Below are positions 1 to 9,586 of a stretch of 64,000 bases of DNA, in pieces. The notes below the pieces were generated by a model. It was not told where the DNA came from and did not search any database. It saw only the letters and a program-made list of their open reading frames with translations. Source of the DNA: a virus. Lineage: Duplodnaviria; Caudoviricetes. Every line of letters begins with the position of its first letter. Position 1 is the first letter of the stretch. The translations under genes were made by a program, and so were the position numbers. Where the stretch lies: positions 96,001 through 160,000 of the IMG/VR virus record IMGVR_UViG_3300050821_001527. One strand, given 5' to 3'.

Positions 1-55
1 AACCCTGAGAAAGTCGCAGCGGTTGAATGTCGGAAGAACCGCAGATATGAGTCCC

Positions 56-691
56 TTAGTATTCATGCACGAATTTGAATTCAACCGGATGTTCGGAAAG
101 GAATCTTTCCATCGTCAGGAAGGTCTGCTTGATTCCATTATCACAAACGTTCCATGTGTGTCCGTGGCCGACTATAACATCTGCTTCCGGCGCAGCTTCG
201 TCTTTCAGGTTCCAGTTATAGATGACGCTTTTGATTTTTGATTCAGATGGAATAAACCCCTTGAACATTTCATGTGTGTAGAAATGGGAGTATCCAAGAG
301 ACTCCAAGGCTGGGTAGATTGTTCTGTTGCAAGTCCACTGTGGACAGCGGAATGCTTTGACGAAAGGAAGCCCAGCGTTACCAAATTCCCTCTCAGCCGC
401 GCCAATCGTATCCCTTGATTCGGCGTAGCTCTTATCCTTAAACTCCTCGGTAGAATGAAAAAGTCCATGAACCGCCAAACAGATATTGCCAGAAGATATG
501 AAACTTCGGATTGCATCGCACCATTTCCTGTTCCTAGACAACGGAAGGTAACTGTGCATTGGAGTGCAGAAAAAAGACATCTTGATACTTGGATACCTGC
601 TGACTGCCTTCTCAATAACATCGAGGCAGTTCTCCGGGCTTTTCCAATGCAAGTCGTCGTATTCGAGTATTAGGGTTTTCTTACCAGACAT
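56..691 (-). CDS. Polysaccharide deacetylase-like protein (NodB/DUF2334-type)
   Basis: N-terminal YDD motif, SFFCTP strand, AVHGLFH and GHGH metal motifs; in glycan operon. Confidence 0.65.
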   Translation of the reverse strand: MSGKKTLILEYDDLHWKSPENCLDVIEKAVSRYPSIKMSFFCTPMHSYLPLSRNRKWCDAIRSFISSGNICLAVHGLFHSTEEFKDKSYAESRDTIGAAEREFGNAGLPFVKAFRCPQWTCNRTIYPALESLGYSHFYTHEMFKGFIPSESKIKSVIYNWNLKDEAAPEADVIVGHGHTWNVCDNGIKQTFLTMERFLSEHPVEFKFVHEY

Positions 692-1173
692 GATGTTAGG
701 TTGTCGGTTGATGTAACATGAAGGATGTCAAAATACGGGCTAAACAGTTCTCGCATTCCGTCCTTGCTGATTCTCCAATAATCTCCGAATCCGGGTTCTG
801 CATGGTATGGATATAACCAAGGTGTGTCAACAATGGCATATCCTCCCCTGCATAGAATCCTGTTGATTTCTTTGGGGGCTGTCCAGATGGACTTTACATG
901 TTCCAAAACCTGAACACACACCACTACCCCCCATTCTCCGTCCTCAAACGCGGTTTGCGTTATGTCTCCAACAATGTCTGGGCGAAAGGAGGCATTAACG
1001 TCGAACGTCTTAACCTGAAAGTCTCCCCTGAACAAAGGTGTGTATTCGCCTCCGGGCGGGTCGCCAGCGATGCCCACATAGAGCATGTTCTTTTTCTCTG
1101 GTGGGTTCTTCTTTATTTCCTTCGTGTAGAAGGCCACGGCGTTGTCACAATCAATTCTGGTTTTGCTTCTCAT
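670..1173 (-). CDS. Class I SAM-dependent methyltransferase
   Basis: LYVG motif I variant, DIVGDI and CVQVLEHV motifs, L.RGG. Confidence 0.75.
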   Translation of the reverse strand: MRSKTRIDCDNAVAFYTKEIKKNPPEKKNMLYVGIAGDPPGGEYTPLFRGDFQVKTFDVNASFRPDIVGDITQTAFEDGEWGVVVCVQVLEHVKSIWTAPKEINRILCRGGYAIVDTPWLYPYHAEPGFGDYWRISKDGMRELFSPYFDILHVTSTDNLTSCLVRKP

Positions 1174-1853
1174 TAAAATCGTCCTTTGAAATAGGCTTCC
1201 CCGTATCGGGCGTGTTGACCCAAAGTGCTTTCCTGATGCTCTACAATTAGGGCGTTCTCCAAGTAATACATCGGGATGTTATTCCTGCCGCAGAACTGGG
1301 AAGTCTCCGTGTCCTCCATCCTGCCATCCGAGAAATTAACCTGCTGCAAGAGATTGGTGGGGATGATTTTGGCAAAGCCCCCTATGTGGTGGACTTTTCT
1401 GAATATGTAATACGTGTCCGTGTCCGGGGAGTATTTGACGGAATGGTCTTTGGATAACACTCCACCGGGGTTATTGATTAACCCAACTGGATACGGGCTA
1501 AACATGGCATTGGGAACCAGCTTGTTAATGGCCAGCACATGATTGAAGTAATCAGGGCTTCTCATTACCGCATCGTCGTCCATCTTCATGGTTAGCGGGA
1601 ACACGCACTTCTTTTTGAGGATGTTCATTGCTGCCCCGTCTTGCTTGACATCCTCCCAATGTTCAGTAGTTATCTTACTGGCGAAGCTAAGATTACTGAT
1701 GAACTTCTCCATATCCGGCGTTGGTCGCGCACCCATGAAAATCAAAAGGTGTTGGAAATCGCAGGCGGTAACATTGCCAAGCTGCTCCATAGACAGTAAC
1801 AGCTTTTTCAGGTAGTATTCCCTACTTATCGTTTTGGTAATAATGCTTATCAT
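1173..1853 (-). CDS. Glycosyltransferase, GT-A fold (GT2-like)
   Basis: MISIITKT..R start, MDDD DxD motif, EDTE; start moved to ATG 1853. Confidence 0.65.
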   Translation of the reverse strand: MISIITKTISREYYLKKLLLSMEQLGNVTACDFQHLLIFMGARPTPDMEKFISNLSFASKITTEHWEDVKQDGAAMNILKKKCVFPLTMKMDDDAVMRSPDYFNHVLAINKLVPNAMFSPYPVGLINNPGGVLSKDHSVKYSPDTDTYYIFRKVHHIGGFAKIIPTNLLQQVNFSDGRMEDTETSQFCGRNNIPMYYLENALIVEHQESTLGQHARYGEAYFKGRF

Positions 1854-2545
1854 ATAACAGACCAATCAATTACTGGCGACACCCAAGGCTCGTCAGCGTG
1901 AGTTGAATAACCCGGAATCGGGGTGTATAACTTTCTCCCCATTCTTGCCAACTCAAGAAATTTGTCATGGTCGCGTGTTATCGGCCCCATAGTGGAAAAT
2001 CTCTTATGAATTTCCATGTCCTTCATCAGAGTCCCAAAGCGACACGCGTATGTATTAGTGGTTGACGGCGTAGTTCTCCAATGGGAACTCTTTGTCACCC
2101 TAACCTCGGACAAAATCGGCGGATAATACAGAGCCTCGCTGTATTTGTCCGCATGGTCAAACAACGATATATAGTCGGCCTTTAGCTCGTCAATGCCTTC
2201 CAGCAGAATCGTGGGCCATCCGGGTCTATGCAGATAATCGTCTTCAACGATGTAGATTATTGTATCGTCAGGGAACTTAAACGACTTAACAAAATCCAAT
2301 AAAGATAGGAAGGCCGAGGCTTCGGTTCCGCAATTAGCAATCATGTTGGCTTTTCCGTTAAGGAAGTGCCCTTCGATTCCTCCCGCCGCCTCGTCGTAGA
2401 AAAAGTGCAAATCTGTCACCGACCTGTCCGCGCTCTTGAGCAGATTTTCAAAGCATCTCTCCCTGCTAAACCACGCAGGCTTTTCCTTGCTGGCCCCAAC
2501 ATCGGAGAAGTAGCAATGTCTGTTAAATACTTGTAGTCTTTTCAT
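1850..2545 (-). CDS. Glycosyltransferase, GT-A fold (GT2-like)
   Basis: IYIVEDDYLH DxD motif; start moved to MKRLQV at 2545. Confidence 0.65.
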   Translation of the reverse strand: MKRLQVFNRHCYFSDVGASKEKPAWFSRERCFENLLKSADRSVTDLHFFYDEAAGGIEGHFLNGKANMIANCGTEASAFLSLLDFVKSFKFPDDTIIYIVEDDYLHRPGWPTILLEGIDELKADYISLFDHADKYSEALYYPPILSEVRVTKSSHWRTTPSTTNTYACRFGTLMKDMEIHKRFSTMGPITRDHDKFLELARMGRKLYTPIPGYSTHADEPWVSPVIDWSVI

Positions 2546-3179
2546 GCAGCATGGATAGGTATTCTTTGTGCCAAGGCAAATGCCTGCCGTGGAACCCGAA
2601 TGAGTTTTTTGGCTGGTTTTCCTCCACATCATTCTCCAAAGCAAAGCGAGCGGCCACTTCAACAGGGGCGAATTTTATTCCATTTTTTTGTAAATAAATT
2701 CGGTTATGCAAACACAGAATGTTATCCTCTGGTTCCTTGTAGTCGAAAGTCGCGGGAACATTTTGGTTCAGGAGTTTCTTGCTCCTTAATGAAAACCCAC
2801 CATTGCCGACTCTGGCTATGCGGTTGGGCCATTGCCTCGGCCAAGGCGCACCGATGTAATCGTATTTGAGAAATTCCTTGTCCCACAGATGGGGATTGAC
2901 GATAAAACCATCCCACTGGACGAGAAGAACAAAGTCAGCCCCAACGTAACTCCCCAACTCACAGAGCATGAACTTGTTATATCCCACCAAATCCAATGGC
3001 TTTATTTTAACATGTAGAATTCTCGGGTCACGTAAGGGGTCAATGGGGGAAAGCAATCTGACGGAATTGAAGGTCATGCCCTGAGTCGAATGAATTAAGG
3101 CTCTGGATGAAGCGGCGACTTTATCGTCCTCGCTCCTTCCGTCCACGCAGATAAGGTCAACGTTGGTTAGGTCTTGCAT
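2523..3179 (-). CDS. DUF5672-family glycosyltransferase-like protein
   Basis: QWDGFIVNP, YDYIGAPW, VGNGGFSLRSKK, ED, FGFH motifs. Confidence 0.75.
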   Translation of the reverse strand: MQDLTNVDLICVDGRSEDDKVAASSRALIHSTQGMTFNSVRLLSPIDPLRDPRILHVKIKPLDLVGYNKFMLCELGSYVGADFVLLVQWDGFIVNPHLWDKEFLKYDYIGAPWPRQWPNRIARVGNGGFSLRSKKLLNQNVPATFDYKEPEDNILCLHNRIYLQKNGIKFAPVEVAARFALENDVEENQPKNSFGFHGRHLPWHKEYLSMLHEKTTSI

Positions 3180-3919
3180 GGCTTCATATTTGCCCTGACA
3201 ACATCCAAGGAGTAGTTCGGGTGCCAAGAGGCTGTCCCGTATTCTTGGGTGGCGTCGTTCATAGTTATGATTTCGACTTCCGCCTCGGGGCTGGCTAACG
3301 CTCCAATCCAAAATGAATATGAACCAAGGGACAAAACCATCTTGCGGTGGGAGGCTCCTATGACCAAGGTTTCGGAGGCGTTGTTGTATTTTAGTGTCTT
3401 GAACCCATATTTCTTCACCAGAGCGCGGGTGATGTCGTCATTCTCGTCGTGGCTGGCTATTACCCCGTTCTTAAAATCCATCAACGATAATCTGCGGTCA
3501 TAGTATTCAAACGGAAGGACACATGACTTTGGGACGGGGGCGGCAGGGCAACTATTCCTAATATGGATGAACACTGTCTCCGGGTCTGTATCCACCTTCT
3601 TGAAGGAAAACAGGTCGGCTAAATGCTCACCAAAGGCTCGGTGATTAACAACGGAAGGTTGTTGGCAATACGAGAGAATCATGGCTCCTCCATTCAGTTT
3701 CCTATCCATGAACTCGCCAGCGTTGTTTTCGTCTATTCGGTGGACTATCGAAAGCTTTCTTCCGAGTCTCAAGAATTTTGAACGCGCCAGATTGAAGGAC
3801 TGTTCGATGTCGCAATCCCAATACAGGTCGTTATTCTTGGATAGAAAACTAGCGTAGGCGTGGCGAAAAAGCTTGTTGCCTAAGTTAGTGTTCCATATCC
3901 CGAATGGGACGGTAATCAT
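3167..3919 (-). CDS. GT11 (alpha-1,2-fucosyltransferase)-like protein
   Basis: NLGNKLFRHA, FIHIR, GSYSFWIGAL motifs. Confidence 0.7.
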   Translation of the reverse strand: MITVPFGIWNTNLGNKLFRHAYASFLSKNNDLYWDCDIEQSFNLARSKFLRLGRKLSIVHRIDENNAGEFMDRKLNGGAMILSYCQQPSVVNHRAFGEHLADLFSFKKVDTDPETVFIHIRNSCPAAPVPKSCVLPFEYYDRRLSLMDFKNGVIASHDENDDITRALVKKYGFKTLKYNNASETLVIGASHRKMVLSLGSYSFWIGALASPEAEVEIITMNDATQEYGTASWHPNYSLDVVRANMKPCKT

Positions 3920-4260
3920 TACGGGCCTTTCGCTTGAGGGTGTGGCTTCTTCGTTCTCTTGGAATAGTCCGACTTGGCCTTTTCCTTGATTGGGTCATTG
4001 CCTAAAACACGCGCCCTCTTTTCGGACATTTCCGCACTCTTATCCCACATATCCCCTATCGTGTAATTCTTCTTGGAGGTTTTATCCGTGAAGTCTTTTT
4101 GGGAATGAGGATTGATTTTAGTGTCAATGGAGGCGTTGGGAATTGTGAAAATCCTATTCCATTTCACTCCGTTCTCCTCAAAGGTATGCGACTCGTTCAC
4201 TCTTTGAACGATTTCTCTGACCTCTTTCGAGGATGGGTGCTGGAATATGTAGATTGGCAT
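3919..4260 (-). CDS. FmdB-like (MPIY.F) small protein
   Basis: MPIYIFQH start typical of FmdB zinc-ribbon family but Cys ligands missing. Confidence 0.45.
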   Translation of the reverse strand: MPIYIFQHPSSKEVREIVQRVNESHTFEENGVKWNRIFTIPNASIDTKINPHSQKDFTDKTSKKNYTIGDMWDKSAEMSEKRARVLGNDPIKEKAKSDYSKRTKKPHPQAKGP

Positions 4261-4445
4261 TAGTTAGCCCAAATGAACTTCACCTTTTCAAGCGGGACGG
4301 TCACCCACTTGTTTTCCTTGTTCAAGACTTCCACGGTGACCTGTTCGGTTTTTCCGATAATCTTAGGCTCGCTGCAAGCCAGTTGATTGACCAAAATACC
4401 GGCGACTTCCGCCCCGGTTAGTTCTGCGCTAATGTTGAGTTTCAT
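4260..4445 (-). CDS. Hypothetical protein
   Basis: Fills operon gap, abuts neighbours. Confidence 0.55.
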   Translation of the reverse strand: MKLNISAELTGAEVAGILVNQLACSEPKIIGKTEQVTVEVLNKENKWVTVPLEKVKFIWAN

Positions 4446-4446
4446 G

Positions 4447-4755
4447 TTATTTTAGATGCTTCCCTTCGACGCCACGTTGCTGACGCTCATACGTCCTCGA
4501 TTGCTGGGCATATAATGCCGACTTGAGATGACCGATAGAGCAAAGAGTTTCCTCGGACGGGAACTTGTTGTAGAGACTCTGCATACGGTCAATCAACATT
4601 TTGAGGACTTCCTCGTTGGTTGTCCCGTCGTTGAGGGTGACAAGCTCGCCGGGATTGGCCGTAGGAGTCTTCTCGATAAACTGGATGGTCTGTCCAGCTT
4701 CCTTGTTCTCGAAATTCTCAAGAACGTATTTGTGTCCGGGTGTTAGGATTTTCAT
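4447..4755 (-). CDS. Tad1-like anti-defence (signal sponge) protein
   Basis: GH.Y..., I.F, G.TNEEVL..LIDR, FP..E, R..R..RGVEG pattern recalls Tad1/Acb2-hairpin family. Confidence 0.65.
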   Translation of the reverse strand: MKILTPGHKYVLENFENKEAGQTIQFIEKTPTANPGELVTLNDGTTNEEVLKMLIDRMQSLYNKFPSEETLCSIGHLKSALYAQQSRTYERQQRGVEGKHLK

Positions 4756-4758
4756 AAA

Positions 4759-5100
4759 TTAGTCAACCTTGAAGTGCATCAGTTCTCCGATGGGAGCCTT
4801 TGCTTCGGTTTCTACTGCAAGTTCCGATAAACGTGCGGGTGCGCCGTTTTGCTCCATGCAGGCGACGGCGATTCCGGCAATTTTTCTGATATTGTCCAGA
4901 CTTGGCCTTTCCGCTACCGGGCCTGAATCTGACTCCTTGATATACGCATCCTCCGCTTTTCGCAGGTAGGCGCGAAGGATGGTCAGATACTCACCGACAC
5001 GCTTGGGGTCAATCCAACCGTTTTCCTTGATAAGAGCGTCCTGATAATCCCTTTCGCCGTCAATCAGGGAGTAAACTTGCTGTCTAGTTAGAGGGTTCAT
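4759..5100 (-). CDS. Hypothetical helical protein (possibly MazG-like NTP-PPase fold)
   Basis: ERDYQD and IRKIAGIAVACME helices. Confidence 0.5.
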   Translation of the reverse strand: MNPLTRQQVYSLIDGERDYQDALIKENGWIDPKRVGEYLTILRAYLRKAEDAYIKESDSGPVAERPSLDNIRKIAGIAVACMEQNGAPARLSELAVETEAKAPIGELMHFKVD

Positions 5101-5818
5101 AATTTCTTGATTTCAAATCTTCCACGTCAAATGCGTCCGTCAGTTTATTCTTTGAGAAAAATCCCAAGAATCCAAAATTTTGTCCCTTGTCTTTCAGTTC
5201 AAGAACAAGGTTATCGGAGAATCCAATGGACGCCAGCTTGGACTTCAAATATTTAAGCTCGTTCGGGGAGTGTGGAATTTCAAAACATACGTTCTCCACG
5301 TTCCCAAAAGCCTGCTCATTCAACGATACGAAATCAAACAGGTAGGCACCAATGTTGATTTTTAAAAGATTGATACGCTGCTCGGTTATTAGTCCTTGTA
5401 GTATCTCAATCATGGACAGGGACAGAACATTCTCTCCGCTATCCGACGGCTGGATAGTCCCGTAGTCGAGGACGTGTTGGGAATTGATTTTTGGTTCAGG
5501 AAGCTTGAACGTGGTGTGTCTGTGAAACGCGGCAATCTGGTAAGGCGAAACTGCGTCAGTGAATACTTCCGTATTCTTCAACAGCATCCTGTAATTGTCC
5601 GCGAAAGGCTCGAAGGCGTAGCATTTCGTGTAATTCGCGGCCAAAGCAGCCAGAACAAAATACCCGCAATGTGCCCCAATATCAACAGCCACTATCCTGC
5701 TTCCGGCTTGGGGGTCAACATCCAATTTCTTGAGGCGATAAAAATTGGAATAAAATACCTTGTCCAAGTAATACTGGTCAGTGGAGTAGCTGCGGATATG
5801 GATGTTAGGCGTTTGCAT
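5084..5818 (-). CDS. FkbM-family methyltransferase
   Basis: VDIGAHCG, YAFEP, LLKINIG, CFEI motifs. Confidence 0.8.
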   Translation of the reverse strand: MQTPNIHIRSYSTDQYYLDKVFYSNFYRLKKLDVDPQAGSRIVAVDIGAHCGYFVLAALAANYTKCYAFEPFADNYRMLLKNTEVFTDAVSPYQIAAFHRHTTFKLPEPKINSQHVLDYGTIQPSDSGENVLSLSMIEILQGLITEQRINLLKINIGAYLFDFVSLNEQAFGNVENVCFEIPHSPNELKYLKSKLASIGFSDNLVLELKDKGQNFGFLGFFSKNKLTDAFDVEDLKSRNYEPSN

Positions 5819-6914
5819 CGAAGGTCTTGATTATGGATTCAGCGAGCTTCTCCTTGGAGAATTGGGTTTGTAACTTGAGTCCGGGAGAATTGAGTCTGCT
5901 CTGACCGACTCGCGCAATCACCTTTTCACATGCCGCGATAAAGGCTTCCTCGTCCCAAGTGAAGATGGAGCCTTGGTTGAATGGCTGTCCCTTTTGGAAG
6001 AACATTCCGTCGTATGCTTCTTCCTTGCCGTTAGTAGGAACGATAACAGAGTTTGACTCGTTTGACCAATCCGAATATCCGGGGCCGTCGAGGATTACCG
6101 CGTGTTTTCCGAGGGCGACAGATTGGAACTCTGGTAGCCCCCAGCCTTCGCCACCAGACATGCCAAGCACAATATCTCCCGAGTTGAGGAACTCGTTATA
6201 CGAGGCGTTTTCCTGCATGGAAGGAAGGAAAGTAACGTTGAACGGCTTTGGCTTTCCTTCAAGAATCAGATTGGCCGCGATATGGTTATTCTGTTGAGCG
6301 TTGATGAAGGGGTTGTAGATGGCACATTGCAGGGCGTAGCGGGAGTTGTTCCCATATTTCTTAATCCAAGCCTTAATCATCTTCAAGTGCTGCTTGCGCT
6401 TTTCAAACTTTCCGCAAATATTGAACACGATTCTCCCGTCGGGGAAGTATGTCTTGTTCGTGTTTTGGAAGTTATAAGAGTCGAACGCCAGCGGCATGTG
6501 CGACGTTTCAACCCCGAATTTCTTGAAGACTTCGCAGGTAAACTTGCTTGAGAAGAACGTCTTGTTATTTCTGGCGATGTTAAGCTCGACTGGCGTGGGA
6601 GCATCAAGTTCATAGAATGATAACAGGGTTTGCTTCTCCGAGAACGACTCCATTGAGCCATTAAGATGCCACAGCTTGAAAATGGGATTCGAGCGTTCGT
6701 GCATGTTGTAGGCTGCGTGAATACAGTCCTCCAACCATTTGAGAAATTCAGGGTCTTGCTTTTGAGAGGCGAGGTCGTATCCGCCACCCACCGGGAAAAG
6801 CCTGACATCATAATCTGCGCCCGTCTTTATCAGGTCATAGATAGTCCTGAGAATCAATACGGATGTTTGTCCGAACGATACTCCATTAACGGGTAGATTG
6901 AATGTCAGAATCAT
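5805..6914 (-). CDS. Glycosyltransferase family 4 (GT-B)
   Basis: GKFEKRK, SGGEGWGLPEFQSVALGK (Ex7E-like) motif. Confidence 0.8.
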   Translation of the reverse strand: MILTFNLPVNGVSFGQTSVLILRTIYDLIKTGADYDVRLFPVGGGYDLASQKQDPEFLKWLEDCIHAAYNMHERSNPIFKLWHLNGSMESFSEKQTLLSFYELDAPTPVELNIARNNKTFFSSKFTCEVFKKFGVETSHMPLAFDSYNFQNTNKTYFPDGRIVFNICGKFEKRKQHLKMIKAWIKKYGNNSRYALQCAIYNPFINAQQNNHIAANLILEGKPKPFNVTFLPSMQENASYNEFLNSGDIVLGMSGGEGWGLPEFQSVALGKHAVILDGPGYSDWSNESNSVIVPTNGKEEAYDGMFFQKGQPFNQGSIFTWDEEAFIAACEKVIARVGQSRLNSPGLKLQTQFSKEKLAESIIKTFDANA

Positions 6915-7116
6915 TTTTTCTTTGTTCGAGCGTTGATTTTATCTCGGCCCATAGGGTTTCCCATCGCTCCTTGAAGATTCCGCCTTTCGCATATCCATCT
7001 TCTCGGATTTTATCCACTCTCCAATAGCATGGAGAGCAGTAAAGGGCGTCCGTTGGTATCCTACACGGACATAGTAGGCAAACTTTCATAAGCGAAACGG
7101 GCGGCGGGATTGCCAC
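6886..7116 (-). CDS. Small Cys-rich hypothetical protein
   Basis: CxxC..CxxC, operon position. Confidence 0.4.
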   Translation of the reverse strand: MAIPPPVSLMKVCLLCPCRIPTDALYCSPCYWRVDKIREDGYAKGGIFKERWETLWAEIKSTLEQRKNDSDIQSTR

Positions 7117-7133
7117 CGCCCGTCACGAAGACA

Positions 7134-7451
7134 TTAAATGTCCAGTTCGGTCGGTTCGAGGACGGGCGCGGCAGCAGGCTTCGCGGCTGGTGCCTGAGCC
7201 TTCGGAGCCGGGGATGCGGCGGCAGGAGCGGGCTGACCGTTCCCTTCGCGGTTGGACAGGTAAATCTTGAAGTCCGGGTGCTTTGGTTCCTTCTTACCCT
7301 TGTTCTTGAATGCAACAAGGTTTACCTTCTGGTTGATTCCCCACTGATTGAGGTCAATGGAGAGAGAGATGAACTGTGCGCCGGATGCGGCCTTCTTGAC
7401 CCATACTGCGCCCAAGTCCTTCTCGAACTGCTTTTCATTTGGATTTTCCAT
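7134..7451 (-). CDS. DUF736-like (PC4/SSB-like) protein
   Basis: LGAVW.K..SG..FISL, K.P.HPDF.IY, Pro/Ala-rich tail with acidic end. Confidence 0.6.
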   Translation of the reverse strand: MENPNEKQFEKDLGAVWVKKAASGAQFISLSIDLNQWGINQKVNLVAFKNKGKKEPKHPDFKIYLSNREGNGQPAPAAASPAPKAQAPAAKPAAAPVLEPTELDI

Positions 7452-7467
7452 GTTATTTAGTTTCGGT

Positions 7468-8070
7468 TTATACTATGTCAGCGAAGTCCGTGCTACGGAG
7501 CTTCGTGCGAAGAAAATTCATTCCTCGCTCATGTAGATTGATTACCGTCTGAGACGAAATATTCATTTTTTCTGCAATTTGTTTCCACTCCTTCTTTTCC
7601 GGGGACAAATGGCGCATTTCAATGATTTGCGGGATTCTCTTATCCTTCATTTGGGACAGTAGATTTTTCAGGAAGTCGTAAGTCTCTTTGTTTTCCTCTT
7701 TCTCCCTTGAGCCGTGCATGGAGTCTGCATTATCCAGCATTTCCCTCATTTCGTCAGTGTCAACACTTATCAGACACTTCCTCTTGGTTATCGAATTCAG
7801 ACACAGAAATCTCGCGTAGTTGCAGATGTGGGTGGACAATTTCGCGCCCCTTTTAGGGTCGTATGTTTTAATGCAGTTAAATATAATGATATTTTTCTCA
7901 TTAAATATGTCCGTCGGACTGATACCTGAGTTGATTAACGCCGGGGTAAATTTGTGGCACATCTTGTAAAAGACGTTTTCATACCTTCGGCATAGTTCGA
8001 GGAAACTGTCATTACAACCGTCCTTCTTGACTCTACGAATCAAGGTTTTATCGGGGATATTGGTCATCAA
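7468..8070 (-). CDS. Sigma-70 family RNA polymerase sigma factor
   Basis: Region 2 YDPKRGAKLSTH; region 4 HTH WKQIAEKMNISSQTV. Confidence 0.85.
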   Translation of the reverse strand: MMTNIPDKTLIRRVKKDGCNDSFLELCRRYENVFYKMCHKFTPALINSGISPTDIFNEKNIIIFNCIKTYDPKRGAKLSTHICNYARFLCLNSITKRKCLISVDTDEMREMLDNADSMHGSREKEENKETYDFLKNLLSQMKDKRIPQIIEMRHLSPEKKEWKQIAEKMNISSQTVINLHERGMNFLRTKLRSTDFADIV

Positions 8071-8519
8071 TAAGGATAGACCATTTTTTTGAAATAAAAT
8101 TCACGAACGCACGGGACTGCCCCTGTATGATGTTTCTTAGCAAATATAGGCAGACATCCCCTTACCGGAGTAATGGTTACACTACTCTAGTAAGGAGATT
8201 CTGTATGCCGTTTCTTGAGGGCTTGAAATATTTAATGTGGTAAGCCACTCCACGCAGCATTGAAACTTTGTTAGTCAGCAGCTACCGGAAGTCCGGGGAT
8301 GCGAAAGGTCTTAAAACGCATTTACGCTGCCGTCCCCGTGCTTACGCACAACGGCGGGTGAGCCTCTACGATTTCTCGTAGCCTTTTTATTTTCTCGTCA
8401 AATCGAGAGCCTAGCCCTTGTTGCGTCTGTTTGGCTTCAGCGCGTCCGCGATGGAGCAACGTGGGAAAACCTTACTGTTTGTTCTCAGCAGGCTGAAAAT
8501 GGATACAACCATTTGTTCT

Positions 8520-8548
8520 ATACTACGGAAAGTTTACAAAGGAGTCAA
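8520..8548 (-). promoter_or_regulatory. Sigma70-type promoter of the minus-strand operon
   Basis: TTGACT-17-TAGTAT on minus strand. Confidence 0.6.
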
Positions 8549-8598
8549 GGATAAAATTCCGCTTGACAAAACTTCTGGTTATCAATTACACTTGAAAG

Positions 8599-8679
8599 GT
8601 GAACATTGGCCCTTTAATATTCTTCGGTTTGATTTTCTTGTATGCGGCTATTTTCTTCGCTAATATAAGGAAGACATGA
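8599..8679 (+). CDS. 26-aa membrane micropeptide
   Basis: GTG start 6 nt after TTGACA-18-TACACT; hydrophobic; ATGA overlap with next gene. Confidence 0.45.
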   Translation: MNIGPLIFFGLIFLYAAIFFANIRKT

Positions 8680-9029
8680 TAGACCAATTTCTAATTTGGG
8701 CGGTAGCTCTGGTGATGATTTTCATTTGGCTGGACACGGACGCGGTTGTGGAATATGCGGTTTTGCTCAATATTCCGCTGCCCCTCATCGTGGATTATCT
8801 GGCTTACAAGCAAACCCAAAACGTAACTTACCCCGATTTCCTAGCGTTTCACATGAATTCGTTCGGAACCCGCCTGCTGACGTGCCCATATTGCCTCACC
8901 GTGGTCTTGAACGCCATGTTCTACAGCATCTACGCGGGACTGCATTATACTTTCAACCCCATCGTCCTGTGTGTAAACATTGTAGTAGGGTGGGCGGTTT
9001 ACCCGTTCTTGTCCAAGGTCAGCAAGTAA
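8676..9029 (+). CDS. Membrane protein (DUF1360-like CPYC motif)
   Basis: Hydrophobic segments, LLTCPYC. Confidence 0.6.
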   Translation: MIDQFLIWAVALVMIFIWLDTDAVVEYAVLLNIPLPLIVDYLAYKQTQNVTYPDFLAFHMNSFGTRLLTCPYCLTVVLNAMFYSIYAGLHYTFNPIVLCVNIVVGWAVYPFLSKVSK

Positions 9030-9030
9030 A

Positions 9031-9507
9031 ATGCAGAGATTCATTAACAGGCTTAACGCCCAAAAGAGGGCGAATATAGGAGAACCTGTTGCAGCAAAGC
9101 AGACCGGGCTGGACGATACCTGTGCCTCCCAAACGGTTCTCGATGAGCCGCTATCAGCAAAAGAGATTGAATTTTATTTAAAAAAATTGGACACGCAAGC
9201 CAACACTTTACCGGAGAATACGGTTGTTTTTGACTCAATACAGGCTTTCGCGTCTTGGTATGAGGGTAATAAGCATAGCTTTAACGATAAACAGAACGTG
9301 GCCTTGGGAACGCTCGTCACCGTAAGGAACCAAATCAACCTCGGGTGTTCGTGCCGACTGCATATTCGTCAAAACATGGGCAACGATTACTTCAAGCACT
9401 TCTTCATTAAGAACGCTAATACCGACATTATTCCCTCCATCAAACAGGCGTTCGCAGGTCAAAACGTCATCTTGAAAGTCGGAGACGTTGAGTTCATGCG
9501 AATCTGA
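9031..9507 (+). CDS. Hypothetical protein
   Basis: 158-aa ORF in operon. Confidence 0.65.
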   Translation: MQRFINRLNAQKRANIGEPVAAKQTGLDDTCASQTVLDEPLSAKEIEFYLKKLDTQANTLPENTVVFDSIQAFASWYEGNKHSFNDKQNVALGTLVTVRNQINLGCSCRLHIRQNMGNDYFKHFFIKNANTDIIPSIKQAFAGQNVILKVGDVEFMRI

Positions 9508-9586
9508 TACACCTAATTCCAACAGTGGGAGTTGCTACGAAACAATTCTTTACACTCATGGAAAAATGCTGTAATATCTTCTTGCA

